From the NCBI GenBank assembly GCA_046563655.1, contig JAJCTO010000011.1, positions 620,001 through 684,000 of the forward strand: a DNA stretch of 64,000 nt, written 5' to 3'. The stretch is from Yuukianura sp. NJ FZ-2021. Its lineage: Eukaryota. Shown here piece by piece: positions 35,801-49,733 of this stretch; positions within the stretch are counted from its first letter, which is position 1; each line of letters begins with the position of its first letter. The position numbers were made by a program, and so were the translations under genes. A model generated the notes under the pieces. That model was not told the DNA's origin, made no database searches, and saw only the letters and a list, made by a program, of their open reading frames with translations.

Positions 35801-38800
35801 TCGTTCCGGAATGCATTTCTTTTGAATTCTTTGTTTTGAAACTTGAATTTTCATAAATAAAGGTAACAAGATGAGGCACGACACAGCAAGTGAAAGTGGG
35901 TTCCTGTAGCACTTTTTATGAGGATTTCAAAAATGTAGTCGACTTTCTGTTCATTCTCACATTTGCATGTCCATTCTCACAAATTTAAGTCGTTTTCGAC
36001 AAAATGGTGCTCGGCATTGCCCTGGGTGCCGTTTACCAACCCAAGATAAACTCCGAGGCAGAGCGGTTCATCCAGACTTTTAAGTACACTCTAACCAGAT
36101 TTAATGGCGATCTATCCACGCCAATCAAACTTGGGTTCCTGTAGTACTTTTCAGGAGGATTTCAGAAAAGTAACCCAGTTTCACCCGGCATCGCTCCGAG
36201 GAGGTTTCTGAAACAAATTTTCATAAAGAAAAGTAACGAGATGAGGGACGCCACGGCAAGTGAAAGTGGGTTCCTGTAGCACTTTTTATGAGGATGTCGA
36301 AAATGTAGTTGACTTTTACCCAGCATCGTTCCGGAATGCATTTCTTTTGAATTCTTTGTTTTGAAACTTGAATTTTCATAAAGAAAAGTAACGAGATGAG
36401 GGACGCCACGGCAAGTGAAAGTGGGTTCCTGTAGCACTTTTTATGAGGATTTCGAAAATGTAGTTGACTTTTACCCAGCATCGTTCCGGAATGCATTTCT
36501 TTTGAATTCTTTGTTTTGAAACTTGAATTTTCATAAGTAAAGGTAACAAGATGAGGCACGACACAGCAAGTGAAAGTGGGTTCCTGTAGCACTTTTTATG
36601 AGGATTTCAAAAATGTAGTTGACTTTTACCTAGCATCGTTCCGGAATGCATTTCTTTTGAATTCTTTGTTTTGAAACTTGAATTTTCATAAATAAAGGTA
36701 ACAAGATGAGGCACGACACAGCAAGTGAAAGTGGGTTCCTGTAGCACTTTTTATGAGGATTTCAAAAATGTAGTCGACTTTCTGTTCATTCTCACATTTG
36801 CATGTTCATTCTCATAAATTTAAGTCGTTTTCGGCAAAATGGTGCTCGGCATTGCTCTGGGTGCCGTTTACCAACCCAAGATAAACTCCAAGGCAGAGCG
36901 GTTCATCCAGACTTTTAAGTACACTCTAACCAGATTTAATGGCGATCTATCCACGCCAATCAAACTTGGGTTCCTGTAGTACTTTTCATGAGGATTTCAG
37001 AAAAGTAACCCATTTTCACCCGGCATCGCTCCGAGGAGGTTTCTGAAACAAATTTTCATAAAGAAAAGTAACGAGATGAGGGACGCCACGGCAAGTGAAA
37101 GTGGGTTCCTGTAGCACTTTTTATGAGGATTTCGAAAATGTAGTTGACTTTTACCCAGCATCGTTCCGGAATGCGTTTCTTTTGAATTCTTTGTTTTGAA
37201 ACTTGAATTTTCATAAAGAAAAGTAACGAGATGAGGGACGCCACGGCAAGTGAAAGTGGGTTCCTGTAGCACTTTTTATGAGGATTTCGAAAATGTAGTT
37301 GACTTTTACCCAGCATCGTTCCGGAATGCATTTCTTTTGAATTCTTTGTTTTGAAACTTGAATTTTCATAAATAAAGGTAACAAGATGAGGGACGACACG
37401 GCAAGTGAATGTGGGGTTCTGTAGCACTTTTTATGAGGGTTTCAAAAATGTAGTTGACTTTTACCTAGCATCGTTCCGGAATGCATTTCTTTTGAATTCT
37501 TTGTTTTGAAACTTGAATTTTCATAAATAAAGGTAACAAGATGAGGCACGACACAGCAAGTGAAAGTGGGTTCCTGTAGCACTTTTTATGAGGATTTCAA
37601 AAATGTAGTTGACTTTTACCTAGCATCGTTCCGGAATGCATTTCTTTTGAATTCTTTGTTTTGAAACTTGAATTTTCATAAATAAAGGTAACAAGATGAG
37701 GCACGACACAGCAAGTGAAAGTGGGTTCCTGTAGCACTTTTTATGAGGATTTCAAAAATGTAGTCGACTTTCTGTTCATTCTCACATTTGCATGTCCATT
37801 CTCACAAATTTAAGTCGTTTTCGACAAAATGGTGCTCGGCATTGCCCTGGGTGCCGTTTACCAACCCAAGATAAACTCCGAGGCAGAGCGGTTCATCCAG
37901 ACTTTTAAGTACACTCTAACCAGATTTAATGGCGATCTATCCACGCCAATCAAACTTGGGTTCCTGTAGTACTTTTCAGGAGGATTTCAGAAAAGTAACC
38001 CAGTTTCACCCGGCATCGCTCCGAGGAGGTTTCTGAAACAAATTTTCATAAAGAAAAGTAACGAGATGAGGGACGCCACGGCAAGTGAAAGTGGGTTCCT
38101 GTAGCACTTTTTATGAGGATTTCGAAAATGTAGTTGACTTTTACCCAGCATCGTTCCGGAATGCATTTCTTTTGAATTCTTTGTTTTGAAACTTGAATTT
38201 TCATAAAGAAAAGTAACGAGATGAGGGACGCCACGGCAAGTGAAAGCGAGTTCCTGTAGCACTTTTTATGAGGATTTCGAAAATGTAGTTGACTTTTACC
38301 CAGCATCGTTCCGGAATGCATTTCTTTTGAATTCTTTGTTTTGAAACTTGAATTTTCATAAATAAAGGTAACAAGATGAGGCACGACACAGCAAGTGAAA
38401 GTGGGTTCCTGTAGCACTTTTTATGAGGATTTCAAAAATGTAGTTGACTTTTACCTAGCATCGTTCCGGAATGCATTTCTTTTGAATTCTTTGTTTTGAA
38501 ACTTGAATTTTCATAAATAAAGGTAACAAGATGAGGCACGACACAGCAAGTGAAAGTGGGTTCCTGTAGCACTTTTTATGAGGATTTCAAAAATGTAGTC
38601 GACTTTCTGTTCATTCTCACATTTGCATGTCCATTCTCACAAATTTAAGTCGTTTTCGACAAAATGGTGCTCGGCATTGCCCTGGGTGCCGTTTACCAAC
38701 CCAAGATAAACTCCGAGGCAGAGCGGTTCATCCAGACTTTTAAGTACACTCTAACCAGATTTAATGGCGATCTATCCACGCCAATCAAACTTGGGTTCCT

Positions 38801-38949
38801 GTAGTACTTTTCAGGAGGATTTCAGAAAAGTAACCCAGTTTCACCCGGCATCGCTCCGAGGAGGTTTCTGAAACAAATTTTCATAAAGAAAAGTAACGAG
38901 ATGAGGGACGCCACGGCAAGTGAAAGTGGGTTCCTGTAGCACTTTTTAT

Positions 38950-41900
38950 GAGGATTTCGAAAATACAGTTGACTTTTACCCAGCATCGTTCTGGAATGCA
39001 TTTCTTTTGAATTCTTTGTTTTGAAATATGAATTTTCATAAATAAAGGTAACAAGATGATGAACGACACAGCAAGTGAAAGTGGGTTCCTGTAGCCCTTT
39101 TTATGAGGATTTCAAAAATACAGTTGACTTTTACCCAGCATCGTTCTGGAATGCATTTCTTTTGAATTCTTTGTTTTGAAATATGAATTTTCATAAATAA
39201 AGGTAACAAGATGATGAACGACACAGCAAGTGAAAGTGGGTTCCTGTAGCCCTTTTTATGAGGATTTCAAAAATACAGTTGACTTTTACCCAGCATCGTT
39301 CTGGAATGCATTTCTTTTGAATTCTATGTTTTGAAACATGAATTTTCATAAATAAAGGTAACAAGATGATGGACGACACAGCAAGTGAAAGTGGGTTCCT
39401 GTAGCACTTTTTATGAGGATTTCAAAAATGTAATTTACTTTCTGTTCATTCTCACATTTGCATGTTCACTCTCACAAATTTAAGTCGCTTTGTGTCAAAA
39501 TGGTGCTCGACATTGCCCTGGGTGCCGTATTCCAACCCGAGATAAAATCCGTGTTTGAGCGGTTCATTCAGACTTTTAAGTACGCTCTAACCAGATTTAA
39601 TTGCGATCCATCCACGCGAGTTAAACTTGGGTTCCTGTAGTACTTTTCAGGAGGATTTCAGAAAAGTAACTCATTTTCACACGGCATCGCTCCGCGTGGA
39701 GGTTTTTCGAATAATTTGTTTTGAAACAATTTTCATAAAAAAAAGTCAGAAGATGAGGGACGACACAGCAAGTGAAAGCGGGTTCCCGTAGCCTTTTTTA
39801 TGAGGATTTCAAAAATATAGTTGACTTTTACCCAGCATCGTTCTGGAATGCATTTCTTTTGAATTCTTTGTTTTGAAATATGAATCTTCATAAATAAAGG
39901 TAACAAGATGATGAACGACACAGCAAGTGAAAGTGGGTTCCTGTAGCCCTTTTTATGAGGATTTCGAAAATACAGTTGACTTTTACCCAGCATCGTTCTG
40001 GAATGCATTTCTTTTGAATTCTTTGTTTTGAAATATGAATTTTCATAAATAAAGGTAACAAGATGATGAACGACACAGCAAGTGAAAGTGGGTTCCTGTA
40101 GCCCTTTTTATGAGGATTTCAAAAATACAGTTGACTTTTACCCAGCATCGTTCTGGAATGCATTTCTTTTGAATTCTTTGTTTTGAAATATGAATTTTCA
40201 TAAATAAAGGTAACAAGATGATGAACGACACAGCAAGTGAAAGTGGGTTCCTGTAGCATTTTTTATGAGGATTTCAAAAATATAGTTGACTTTTACCAAG
40301 CATCGTTCCGGAATGCATTTCTTTTGAATTCTATGTTTTGAAACATGAATTTTCATAAATAAAGGTAACAAGATGATGGACGACACAGCAAGTGAAGGTT
40401 TGTTCCTGTAGCACTTTTTATGAGGATTTCAAAAATGTAATTTACTTTCTGTTCATTCTCACATTTGCATGTTCACTCTCACAAATTTAAGTCGCTTTGT
40501 GTCAAAATGGTGCTCGACATTGCCCTGGGTGCCGTATTCCAACCCGAGATAAAATCCGTGTTTGAGCGGTTCATTCAGACTTTTAAGTACGCTCTAACCA
40601 GATTTAATTGCGATCTATCCACGCCAGTTAAACTTGGGTTCCTGTAGTACTTTTCAGGAGGATTTCAGAAAAGTAACTCATTTTCACACGGCATCGCTCC
40701 GCGTGGAGGTTTTTCGAATAATTTGTTTTGAAACAATTTTCATAAAAAAAAAGTCAGAAGATGAGGGACGACACAGCAAGTGAAAGCGGGTTCCCGTAGC
40801 CTTTTTTATGAGGATTTCAAAAATATAGTTGACTTTTACCCAGCATCGTTCTGGAATGCATTTCTTTTGAATTCTTTGTTTTGAAATATGAATTTTCATA
40901 AATAAAGGTAACAAGATGATGGACGACACAGCAAGTGAAAGTGGGTTCCTGTAGCACTTTTTATGAGGATTTCAAAAATACAGTTGACTTTTGCCCAGCA
41001 TCGTTCTGGAATGCATTTCTTTTGAATTCTTTGTTTTGAAATATGAATTTTCATAAATAAAGGTAACAAGATGATGAACGACACAGCAAGTGAAAGTGGG
41101 TTCCTGTAGCACTTTTTATGAGGATTTCAAAAATGTAATTTACTTTCTGTTCATTCTCACATTTGCATGTTCACTCTCACAAATTTAAGTCGCTTTGTGT
41201 CAAAATGGTGCCCGACATTGCCCTGGGTGCCGTATTCCAACCCGAGATAAAATCCGAGGTTGAGCGGTTCATTCAGACTTTTAAGTACGCTCTAACCAGA
41301 TTTAATTGCGATCTATCCACGCCAGTTAAACTTGGGTTCCTGTAGTACTTTTCAGGAGGATTTCAGAAAAGTAACTCATTTTCACACGGCATCGCTCCGC
41401 GTGGAGGTTTTTCGAATAATTTGTTTTGAAACAATTTTCATAAAAAAAAGTCAGAAGATGAGGGACGACACAGCAAGTGAAAGCGGGTTCCCGTAGCCTT
41501 TTTTATGAGGATTTCAAAAATATAGTTGACTTTTACCAAGCATCGTTCCGGAATGCATTTCTTTTGAATTCTATGTTTTGAAACATGAATTTTCATAAAT
41601 AAAGGTAACAAGATGATGGACGACACAGCAAGTGAAAGTGGGTTCCTGTAGCACTTTTTATGAGGATTTCAAAAATGTAATTTACTTTCTGTTCATTCTC
41701 ACATTTGCATGTTCACTCTCACAAATTTAAGTCGCTTTGTGTCAAAATGGTGCTCGACATTGCCCTGGGTGCCGTATTCCCACCCGAGATAAAATCCGAG
41801 GTTGAGCGGTTCATTCAGACTTTTAAGTACGCTCTAACCAGATTTAATTGCGATCTATCCACGCCAGTTAAACTTGGGTTCCTGTAGTACTTTTCAGGAG

Positions 41901-44900
41901 GATTTCAGAAAAGTAACTCATTTTCACACGGCATCGCTCCGCGTGGAGGTTTTTCGAATAATTTGTTTTGAAACAATTTTCATAAAAAAAAGTCAGAAGA
42001 TGAGGGACGACATAGCAAGTGAAAGCGGGTTCCCGTAGCCTTTTTTATGAGGATTTCAAAAATATAGTTGACTTTTACGAAGCATCGTTCCGGAATGCAT
42101 TTCTTTTGAATTCTATGTTTTGAAACATGAATTTTCATAAATAAAGGTAACAAGATGATGGACGACACAGCAAGTGAAAGTGGGTTCCTGTAGCACTTTT
42201 TATGAGGATTTCAAAAATACAGTTGACTTTTGCCCAGCATCGTTCTGGAATGCATTTCTTTTGAATTCTTTGTTTTGAAATATGAATTTTCATAAATAAA
42301 GGTAACAAGATGATGAACGACACAGCAAGTGAAAGTGGGTTCCTGTAGCACTTTTGATTAGGATTTCAAAAATATAGTTGACTTTTACCCAGCATCGTTC
42401 CGGAATGCATTTCTTTTGAATTTTTTGTTTTTGAACATGAATTTTCATAAATAAAGGTAACAAGATGATGGACGACACAACAAGTGAAAGTGGGTTCCTG
42501 TAGCACTTTTTATGAGGATTTCAAAAATGTAATTTACTTTCTGTTCATTCTCACATTTGCATGTTCACTCTCACAAATTTAAGTCGCTTTGTGTCAAAAT
42601 GGTGCTCGACATTGCCCTGGGTGCCGTATTCCAACCCGAGATAAAATCCGAGGTTGAGCGGTTCATTCAGACTTTTAAGTACGCTCTAACCAGATTTAAT
42701 TGCGATCTATCCACGCCAGTTAAACTTGGGTTCCTGTAGTACTTTTCAGGAGGATTTCAGAAAAGTAACTCATTTTCACACGGCATCGCTCCGCGTGGAG
42801 GTTTTTCGAATAATTTGTTTTGAAACAAATTTTCATAAAAAAAAGTCAGAAGATGAGGGACGACATAGCAAGTGAAAGCGGGTTCCCGTAGCCTTTTTTA
42901 TGAGGATTTCAAAAATATAGTTGACTTTTACCAAGCATCGTTCCGGAATGCATTTCTTTTGAATTCTATGTTTTGAAACATGAATTTTCATAAATAAAGG
43001 TAACAAGATGATGGGACGACACAGCAAGTGAAAGTGGGTTCCTGTAGCACTTTTTATGAGGATTTCAAAAATACAGTTGACTTTTGCCCAGCATCGTTCT
43101 GGAATGCATTTCTTTTGAATTCTTTGTTTTGAAATATGAATTTTCATAAATAAAGGTAACAAGATGATGAACGACACAGCAAGTGAAAGTGGGTTCCTGT
43201 AGCACTTTTTATGAGGATTTCAAAAATATAGTTGACTTTTACCCAGCATCGTTCCGGAATGCATTTCTTTTGAATTTTTTGTTTTTAAACATGAATTTTC
43301 ATAAATAAAGGTAACAAGATGATGGACGACACAACAAGTGAAAGTGGGTTCCTGTAGCACTTTTTATGAGGATTTCAAAAATGTAATTTACTTTCTGTTC
43401 ATTCTCACATTTGCATGTTCACTCTCACAAATTTAAGTCGCTTTGTGTCAAAATGGTGCTCGACATTGCCCTGGGTGCCGTATTCCAACCCGAGATAAAA
43501 TCCGAGGTTGAGCGGTTCATTCAGACTTTTAAGTACGCTCTAACCAGATTTAATTGCGATCTATCCACGCCAGTTAAACTTGGGTTCCTGTAGTACTTTT
43601 CAGGAGGATTTCAGAAAAGTAACTCATTTTCACACGGCATCGCTCCGCGTGGAGGTTTTTCGAATAATTTGTTTTGAAACAAATTTTCATAAAAAAAAAG
43701 TCAGAAGATGAGGGACGACACAGCAAGTGAAAGCGGGTTCCCGTAGCCCTTTTTATGAGGATTTCAAAAATACAGTTGACTTTTACCCAGCATCGTTCTG
43801 GAATGCATTTCTTTTGAATTCTTTGTTTTGAAATATGAATTTTCATAAATAAGGGTAACAAGATGATGAACGACACAGCAAGTGAAAGTGGGTTCCTGTA
43901 GCCCTTTTTATGAGGATTTCAAAAATACAGTTGACTTTTACCCAGCATCGTTCTGGAATGCATTTCTTTTGAATTTTTTGTTTTTAAACATGAATTTTCA
44001 TAAATAAAGGTAACAAGATGATGGACGACACAACAAGTGAAAGTGGGTTCCTGTAGCCCTTTTTATGAGGATTTCAAAAATACAGTTGACTTTTACCCAG
44101 CATCGTTCTGGAATGCATTTCTTTTGAATTCTTTGTTTTGAAATATGAATTTTCATAAATAAAGGTAACAAGATGATGAACGACACAGCAAGTGAAAGTG
44201 GGTTCCTGTAGCATTTTTATGAGGATTTCAAAAATATAGTTGACTTTTACCAAGCATCGTTCCGGAATGCATTTCTTTTGAATTCTATGTTTTGAAACAT
44301 GAATTTTCATAAATAAAGGTAACAAGATGATGGACGACACAACAAGTGAAAGTGGGTTCCTGTAGCACTTTTTATGAGGATTTCAAAAATGTAATTTACT
44401 TTCTGTTCATTCTCACATTTGCATGTTCACTCTCACAAATTTAAGTCGCTTTGTGTCAAAATGGTGCTCGACATTGCCCTGGGTGCCGTATTCCAACCCG
44501 AGATAAAATCCGAGGTTGAGCGGTTCATTCAGACTTTTAAGTACGCTCTAACCAGATTTAATTGCGATCTATCCACGCCAGTTAAACTTGGGTTCCTGTA
44601 GTACTTTTCAGGAGGATTTCAGAAAAGTAACTCATTTTCACACGGCATCGCTCCGCGTGGAGGTTTTTCGAATAATTTGTTTTGAAACAATTTTCATAAA
44701 AAAAAGTCAGAAGATGAGGGACGACACAGCAAGTGAAAGCGGGTTCCCGTAGCCTTTTTTATGAGGATTTCAAAAATATAGTTGACTTTTACCAAGCATC
44801 GTTCCGGGAATGCATTTCTTTTGAATTCTATGTTTTGAAACATGAATTTTCATAAATAAAGGTAACAAGATGATGGACGACACAGCAAGTGAAAGTGGGT

Positions 44901-47789
44901 TCCTGTAGCCCTTTTTATGAGGATTTCAAAAATACAGTTGACTTTTACCCAGCATCGTTCTGGAATGCATTTCTTTTGAATTCTTTGTTTTGAAATATGA
45001 ATTTTCATAAATAAAGGTAACAAGATGATGAACGACACAGCAAGTGAAAGTGGGTTCCTGTAGCACTTTTTATGAGGATTTCAAAAGTGTAGTTGACTTT
45101 TACCCAGCATTGTTCCGGAATGCATTTCTTTTGAATTTTTTGTTTTGAAACATGAATTTTCATAAATAATGGTGACAAGATAAGGGACGACACAGCAAGT
45201 GAAAGTGGGTTCCTGTAGCACTTTTTATGAGGATTTCAAAAATGTAATTTACTTTCTGTTCATTCTCACATTTGCATGTTCACTCTCACAAATTTAAGTC
45301 GCTTTGTGTCAAAATGGTGCTCGACATTGCCCTGGGTGCCGTATTCCAACCCGAGATAAAATCCGAGGTTGAGCGGTTCATTCAGACTTTTAAGTACGCT
45401 CTAACCAGATTTAATTGCGATCTATCCACGCCAGTTAAACTTGGGTTCCTGTAGTACTTTTCAGGAGGATTTCAGAAAAGTAACTCATTTTCACACGGCA
45501 TCGCTCCGCGTGGAGGTTTTTCGAATAATTTGTTTTGAAACAATTTTCATAAAAAAAGTCAGAAGATGAGGGACGACACAGCAAGTGAAAGCGGGTTCCC
45601 GTAGCCTTTTTTATGAGGATTTCAAAAATATAGTTGACTTTTACCAAGCATCGTTCCGGAATGCATTTCTTTTGAATTCTATGTTTTGAAACATGAATTT
45701 TCATAAATAAAGGTAACAAGATGATGGACGACACAGCAAGTGAAAGTGGGTTCCTGTAGCACTTTTTATGAGGACTTCAAAAATGTAATTTACTTTCTGT
45801 TCATTCTCACATTTGCGTGTTCACTCTCACAAATTTAAGTCGCTTTGTGTCAAAATGGTGCTCGACATTGCCCTGGGTGCCGTATTCCAACCCGAGATAA
45901 AATCCGAGGTTGAGCGGTTCATTCAGACTTTTAAGTACGCTCTAACCAGATTTAATTGCGATCTATCCACGCCAGTTAAACTTGGGTTCCTGTAGAACTT
46001 TTCAGGAGGATTTCAGAAAAGTAACTCATTTTCACACGGCATCGCTCCGCGTGGAGGTTTTTCGAATAATTTGTTTTGAAACAAATTTTCATAAAAAAAG
46101 TCAGAAGATGAGGGACGACACAGCAAGTGAAAGCGGGTTCCCGTAGCCCTTTTTATGAGGATTTCAAAAATACAGTTGACTTTTACCCAGCATCGTTCTG
46201 GAATGCATTTCTTTTGAATTCTATGTTTTGAAACATGAATTTTCATAAATAAAGGTAACAAGATGATGGACGACACAGCAAGTGAAAGTGGGTTCCTGTA
46301 GCACTTTTTATGAGGATTTCAGAAAAGTAACTCATTTTCGCCCGGCATCGCTCCGCGTGGAGGTTTTTCGTGTGATTTGTTTTGAAAAAAATTTTTATAA
46401 AAAAGGGTCACGAGATGAGGGACGACACAGCAACTGAACGCGGGTTCCTGTAGCCCTTTTTATGAGGATTTCAAAAATACAGTTGACTTTTGCCCAGCAT
46501 CGTTCTGGAATGCATTTCTTTTGAATTTTTTGTTTTTAAACATGAATTTTCATAAATAAAGGTAACAAGATGATGGACGACACAACAAGTGAAAGTGGGT
46601 TCTTGTAGCACTTTTTATGAGGATTTCAAAAATGTAATTTACTTTCTGTTCAGTCTCATATTTGCATGTTCACTCTCACAAATTTAAGTCGCTTTGTGTC
46701 AAAATGGTGCTCGACATTGCCCTGGGTGCCGTATTCCAACCCGAGATAAAATCCGAGGTTGAGCGGTTCATTCAGACTTTTAAGTACGCTCTAACCAGAT
46801 TTAATTGCGATCTATCCACGCCAGTTAAACTTGGGTTCCTGTAGTACCCTTTTCAGGAGGATTTCAGAAAAGTAACTCATTTTCACACGGCATCGCTCCG
46901 CGTGGAGGTTTTTCGAATAATTTGTTTTGAAACAAATTTTCATAAATAAAGGTAGAAGATGAGGGACGACACAGCAAGTGAAAGCGGGTTCCCGTAGCCC
47001 TTTTTATGAGGATTTCAAAAATACAGTTGACTTTTACCCAGCATCGTTCTGGAATGCATTTCTTTTGAATTCTTTTGTTTTGAAACATGAATTTTCATAA
47101 ATAAAGGTAACAAGATGATGGACGACACAACAAGTGAAAGTGGGTTCCTGTAGCACTTTTTATGAGGATTTCAAAAATGTAATTTACTTTCTGTTCATTC
47201 TCACATTTGCATGTTCACTCTCACAAATTTAAGTCGCTTTGTGTCAAAATGGTGCTCGACATTGCCCTGGGTGCCGTATTCCAACCCGAGATAAAATCCG
47301 AGGTTGAGCGGTTCATTCAGACTTTTAAGTACGCTCTAACCAGATTTAATTGCGATCTATCCACGCCAGTTAAACTTGGGTTCCTGTAGTACTTTTCAGG
47401 AGGATTTCAGAAAAGTAACTCATTTTCACACGGCATCGCTCCGCGTGGAGGTTTTTCGAATAATTTGTTTTGAAACAAATTTTCATAAAAAAAAGTCAGA
47501 AGATGAGGGACGACACAGCAAGTGAAAGCGGGTTCCCGTAGCCCTTTTTATGAGGATTTCAAAAATACAGTTGACTTTTACCCAGCATCGTTCTGGAATG
47601 CATTTCTTTTGAATTCTTTGTTTTGAAATATGAATTTTCATAAATAAAGGTAACAAGATGATGAACGACACAGCAAGTGAAAGTGGGTTCCTGTAGCCTT
47701 TTTTATGAGGATTTCAAAAATACAGTTGACTTTTACCCAGCATCGTTCTGGAATGCATTTCTTTTGAATTCTTTGTTTTGAAATATGAA
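38950..47789. repeat. Satellite 1, subfamily II (diverged; B unit ~152 bp; more heterogeneous)
   Basis: Diagnostic variants begin abruptly: aaatacagtt, gaaatatgaa, gatgatgaacg, gtcgctttgtgtc. B carries extra ttttcgaataatttgt. Example period 542 = 387+155. Confidence 0.93.
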
Positions 47790-47889
47790 NNNNNNNNNNN
47801 NNNNNNNNNNNNNNNNNNNNNNNNNNNNNNNNNNNNNNNNNNNNNNNNNNNNNNNNNNNNNNNNNNNNNNNNNNNNNNNNNNNNNNNNN
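47790..47889. other. Assembly gap (100 N)
   Basis: Run of 100 N, typical of an unsized scaffolding gap. Confidence 0.99.
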
Positions 47890-49156
47890 GTTCGGCAAAA
47901 ATTCTTTCTAAGAAACTGAGTCCACTACACTTCCACAAACTTTCAGCACCTCCTTCCTTCACTTTACGGGACAGTGAGACCCTCGGCTGAACATGTGGAC
48001 AATGAGCACAACAAAAACACAAATAAGCGGAGGCCAATAAATTGACTCCCAGTAACTGCCACAGATTCTGAGTTCCACCTTCCTTCACTTTACGGGACAG
48101 TGAGACCCACGACTCAGAACTTGTGCACAGAAAACCGCCGCACTTCAACCAAACTATAGCCAATAATTTTACATCATCACATTTGCACGAACTTTTGACT
48201 TTTTCGATTTTTAAATCTTGAGGGAATGAGACCCTGAACAACACAATGCATGTAGCATAAGATGCGCTGCGAGCCAGCAATGCCAGGACAACGATCTTCA
48301 CTTCAATTTTAAATTCACTTCCAATTTCTTCTTTCTTATCACCTAGTACCGCAGCACTGTAACTTTCACTTTTGACAACTTGAGTAACGCCGCACTTCAG
48401 CACTGCCGGGCTAACGTTCTCCATCATTTTAACTCTCACAATTAACACTTTTTGTAGATACTCACTGTTTGAATCTTGAGTAACGCCGCACTTCAGCATC
48501 GCCGGGCGTACGTTCTCCTTACGTTTAACACTCAGAACTAACACTTTTTGTAAAAGCCCACATTTTGGAGCTTGAGCGACGCTGCGAGCCTCGCCGATTG
48601 TGGCTGGGACAACGATCTCAGTCTTGGCAACTTTCATACCGAAGACTTTCTTTAGAAGCTCTCTTTTTGGAGCTTGAGTAACGCTGCGAGCCTTGTCACT
48701 TGGGACCGGGACAACGTACTCTGGAGCGACGTCGGAAGATTGAGGCCTCGTTCCCGAACATCTCTCCTTAATGAGGACTACTTTCAACCCCTCATTCTGC
48801 GTTAGTATGCCACCCCCGTGGTCATACTCTTCTTTTTTGTTAACACTTCTCACTACACACTTCACTTCTCTTCTCACTTCCTGGATCCACACTATATACA
48901 AATGATGCCAGTTGCTAAAACGCAACTCATTAGGCACTAACACTAACTTAAACTGTGCAAAAATATTTACAATAATGAGTGACACACAGCACTCAATGAC
49001 TACTTCAACCAAAACTTTTGACACAAAACTGGAAACACTCTTAACTTTTCCATAATCGTCTAAAAACTGAAGAATTTCGTCCGCACTTAACTGTACACTA
49101 TGGAGAATGATGGACGAACTGTCATTCCCCTTTTTTAGTTTAAATTTTCTTGACAT
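47890..49156 (-). CDS. ORF2-like frame of the LTR element, unknown function, with internal 32-34-aa repeats; runs into the gap
   Basis: Open for ~420 codons in this copy but split into three ORFs in copy 2. No RT, RNase H, protease or integrase motifs seen. Confidence 0.35.
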
Positions 49157-49733
49157 TTTTCATCTTCAGCACAATCACTTTCCTCTCCATATTCGCCATA
49201 CCCCTCTAAAACACTTTCACAATAACTTCCATACAAACCTCCACTTTCAAAAATTTCCGTCGAGGGGAAGCCAACGGTGTTGACTCCCATAGGTTTTGGA
49301 TAATTTCCATGATTTTGGTGGCTCTCCTGTGCCACCATAATGTAACTTGTCACTTTTCTTGATTTTAAAACTTTTGACTGCACTTGGTCACATTTCACAC
49401 ATTTTTGTTCACTTGGTCACATTTGTCACATTTCTGGTTCACTTCAACTTCTGCGTCACTCAACTTTTTCACATTACTGATACACACTACTGCCAACTTC
49501 TTACTAGTGGCAGACTTTGGAACTTTCGACTTGGTTGGTGCTGAGACGAGTTGCACGCTTTGCAGGGCCGAACTCAGCGCCTCTGTCGAATGTGCACTTT
49601 CACTTTCACTAGAAGCCACCGCAGCGACTCCCTCGGACACTTTTCTCACTATTTTCTCTTCCACGCCTCGCAAGGCATTGGCTACCGCAGCAGCCACTAT
49701 TTTCTCTACATCTTCCTGTGTGTAAGTTGCCAT
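49135..49733 (-). pseudogene. Frameshifted copy of ORF1 of the LTR element
   Basis: ORFs 49395-49733 and 49135-49398 together match the single ORF 53358-53957. Confidence 0.6.

Larger units (their letters stand above)
4621..38950. repeat. Satellite 1, subfamily I: higher-order array of A(235 bp)+B(135 bp)+n x C(155 bp), n=0-6
   Basis: The shared anchor ggg(t/c)tcctgtag recurs at 4923, 5158, 5293 and 5448 (235, 135, 155 bp). A-to-A spacings of 370, 525, 680, 835, 990, 1145 and 1300 equal 370+155n. Copies are highly homogeneous. Confidence 0.97.

Noticed and set aside
5187..47671. Well over a hundred 60-136-aa ORFs (MLQEPTFTC…, MSCLILLP…, MHVHSHKF…)
   Set aside because: Translations of satellite monomers; 155 is not a multiple of 3, so the same peptides rotate through frames, and many use non-ATG starts. 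Only the integrase-like residues in the plus-strand 60-aa ORFs are informative, as a fossil.
47638..49156. ORFs spanning the N run (47714-49156, 47638-47898, 47778-47990)
   Set aside because: They read through an unsized gap, so the joined ends are artefacts.
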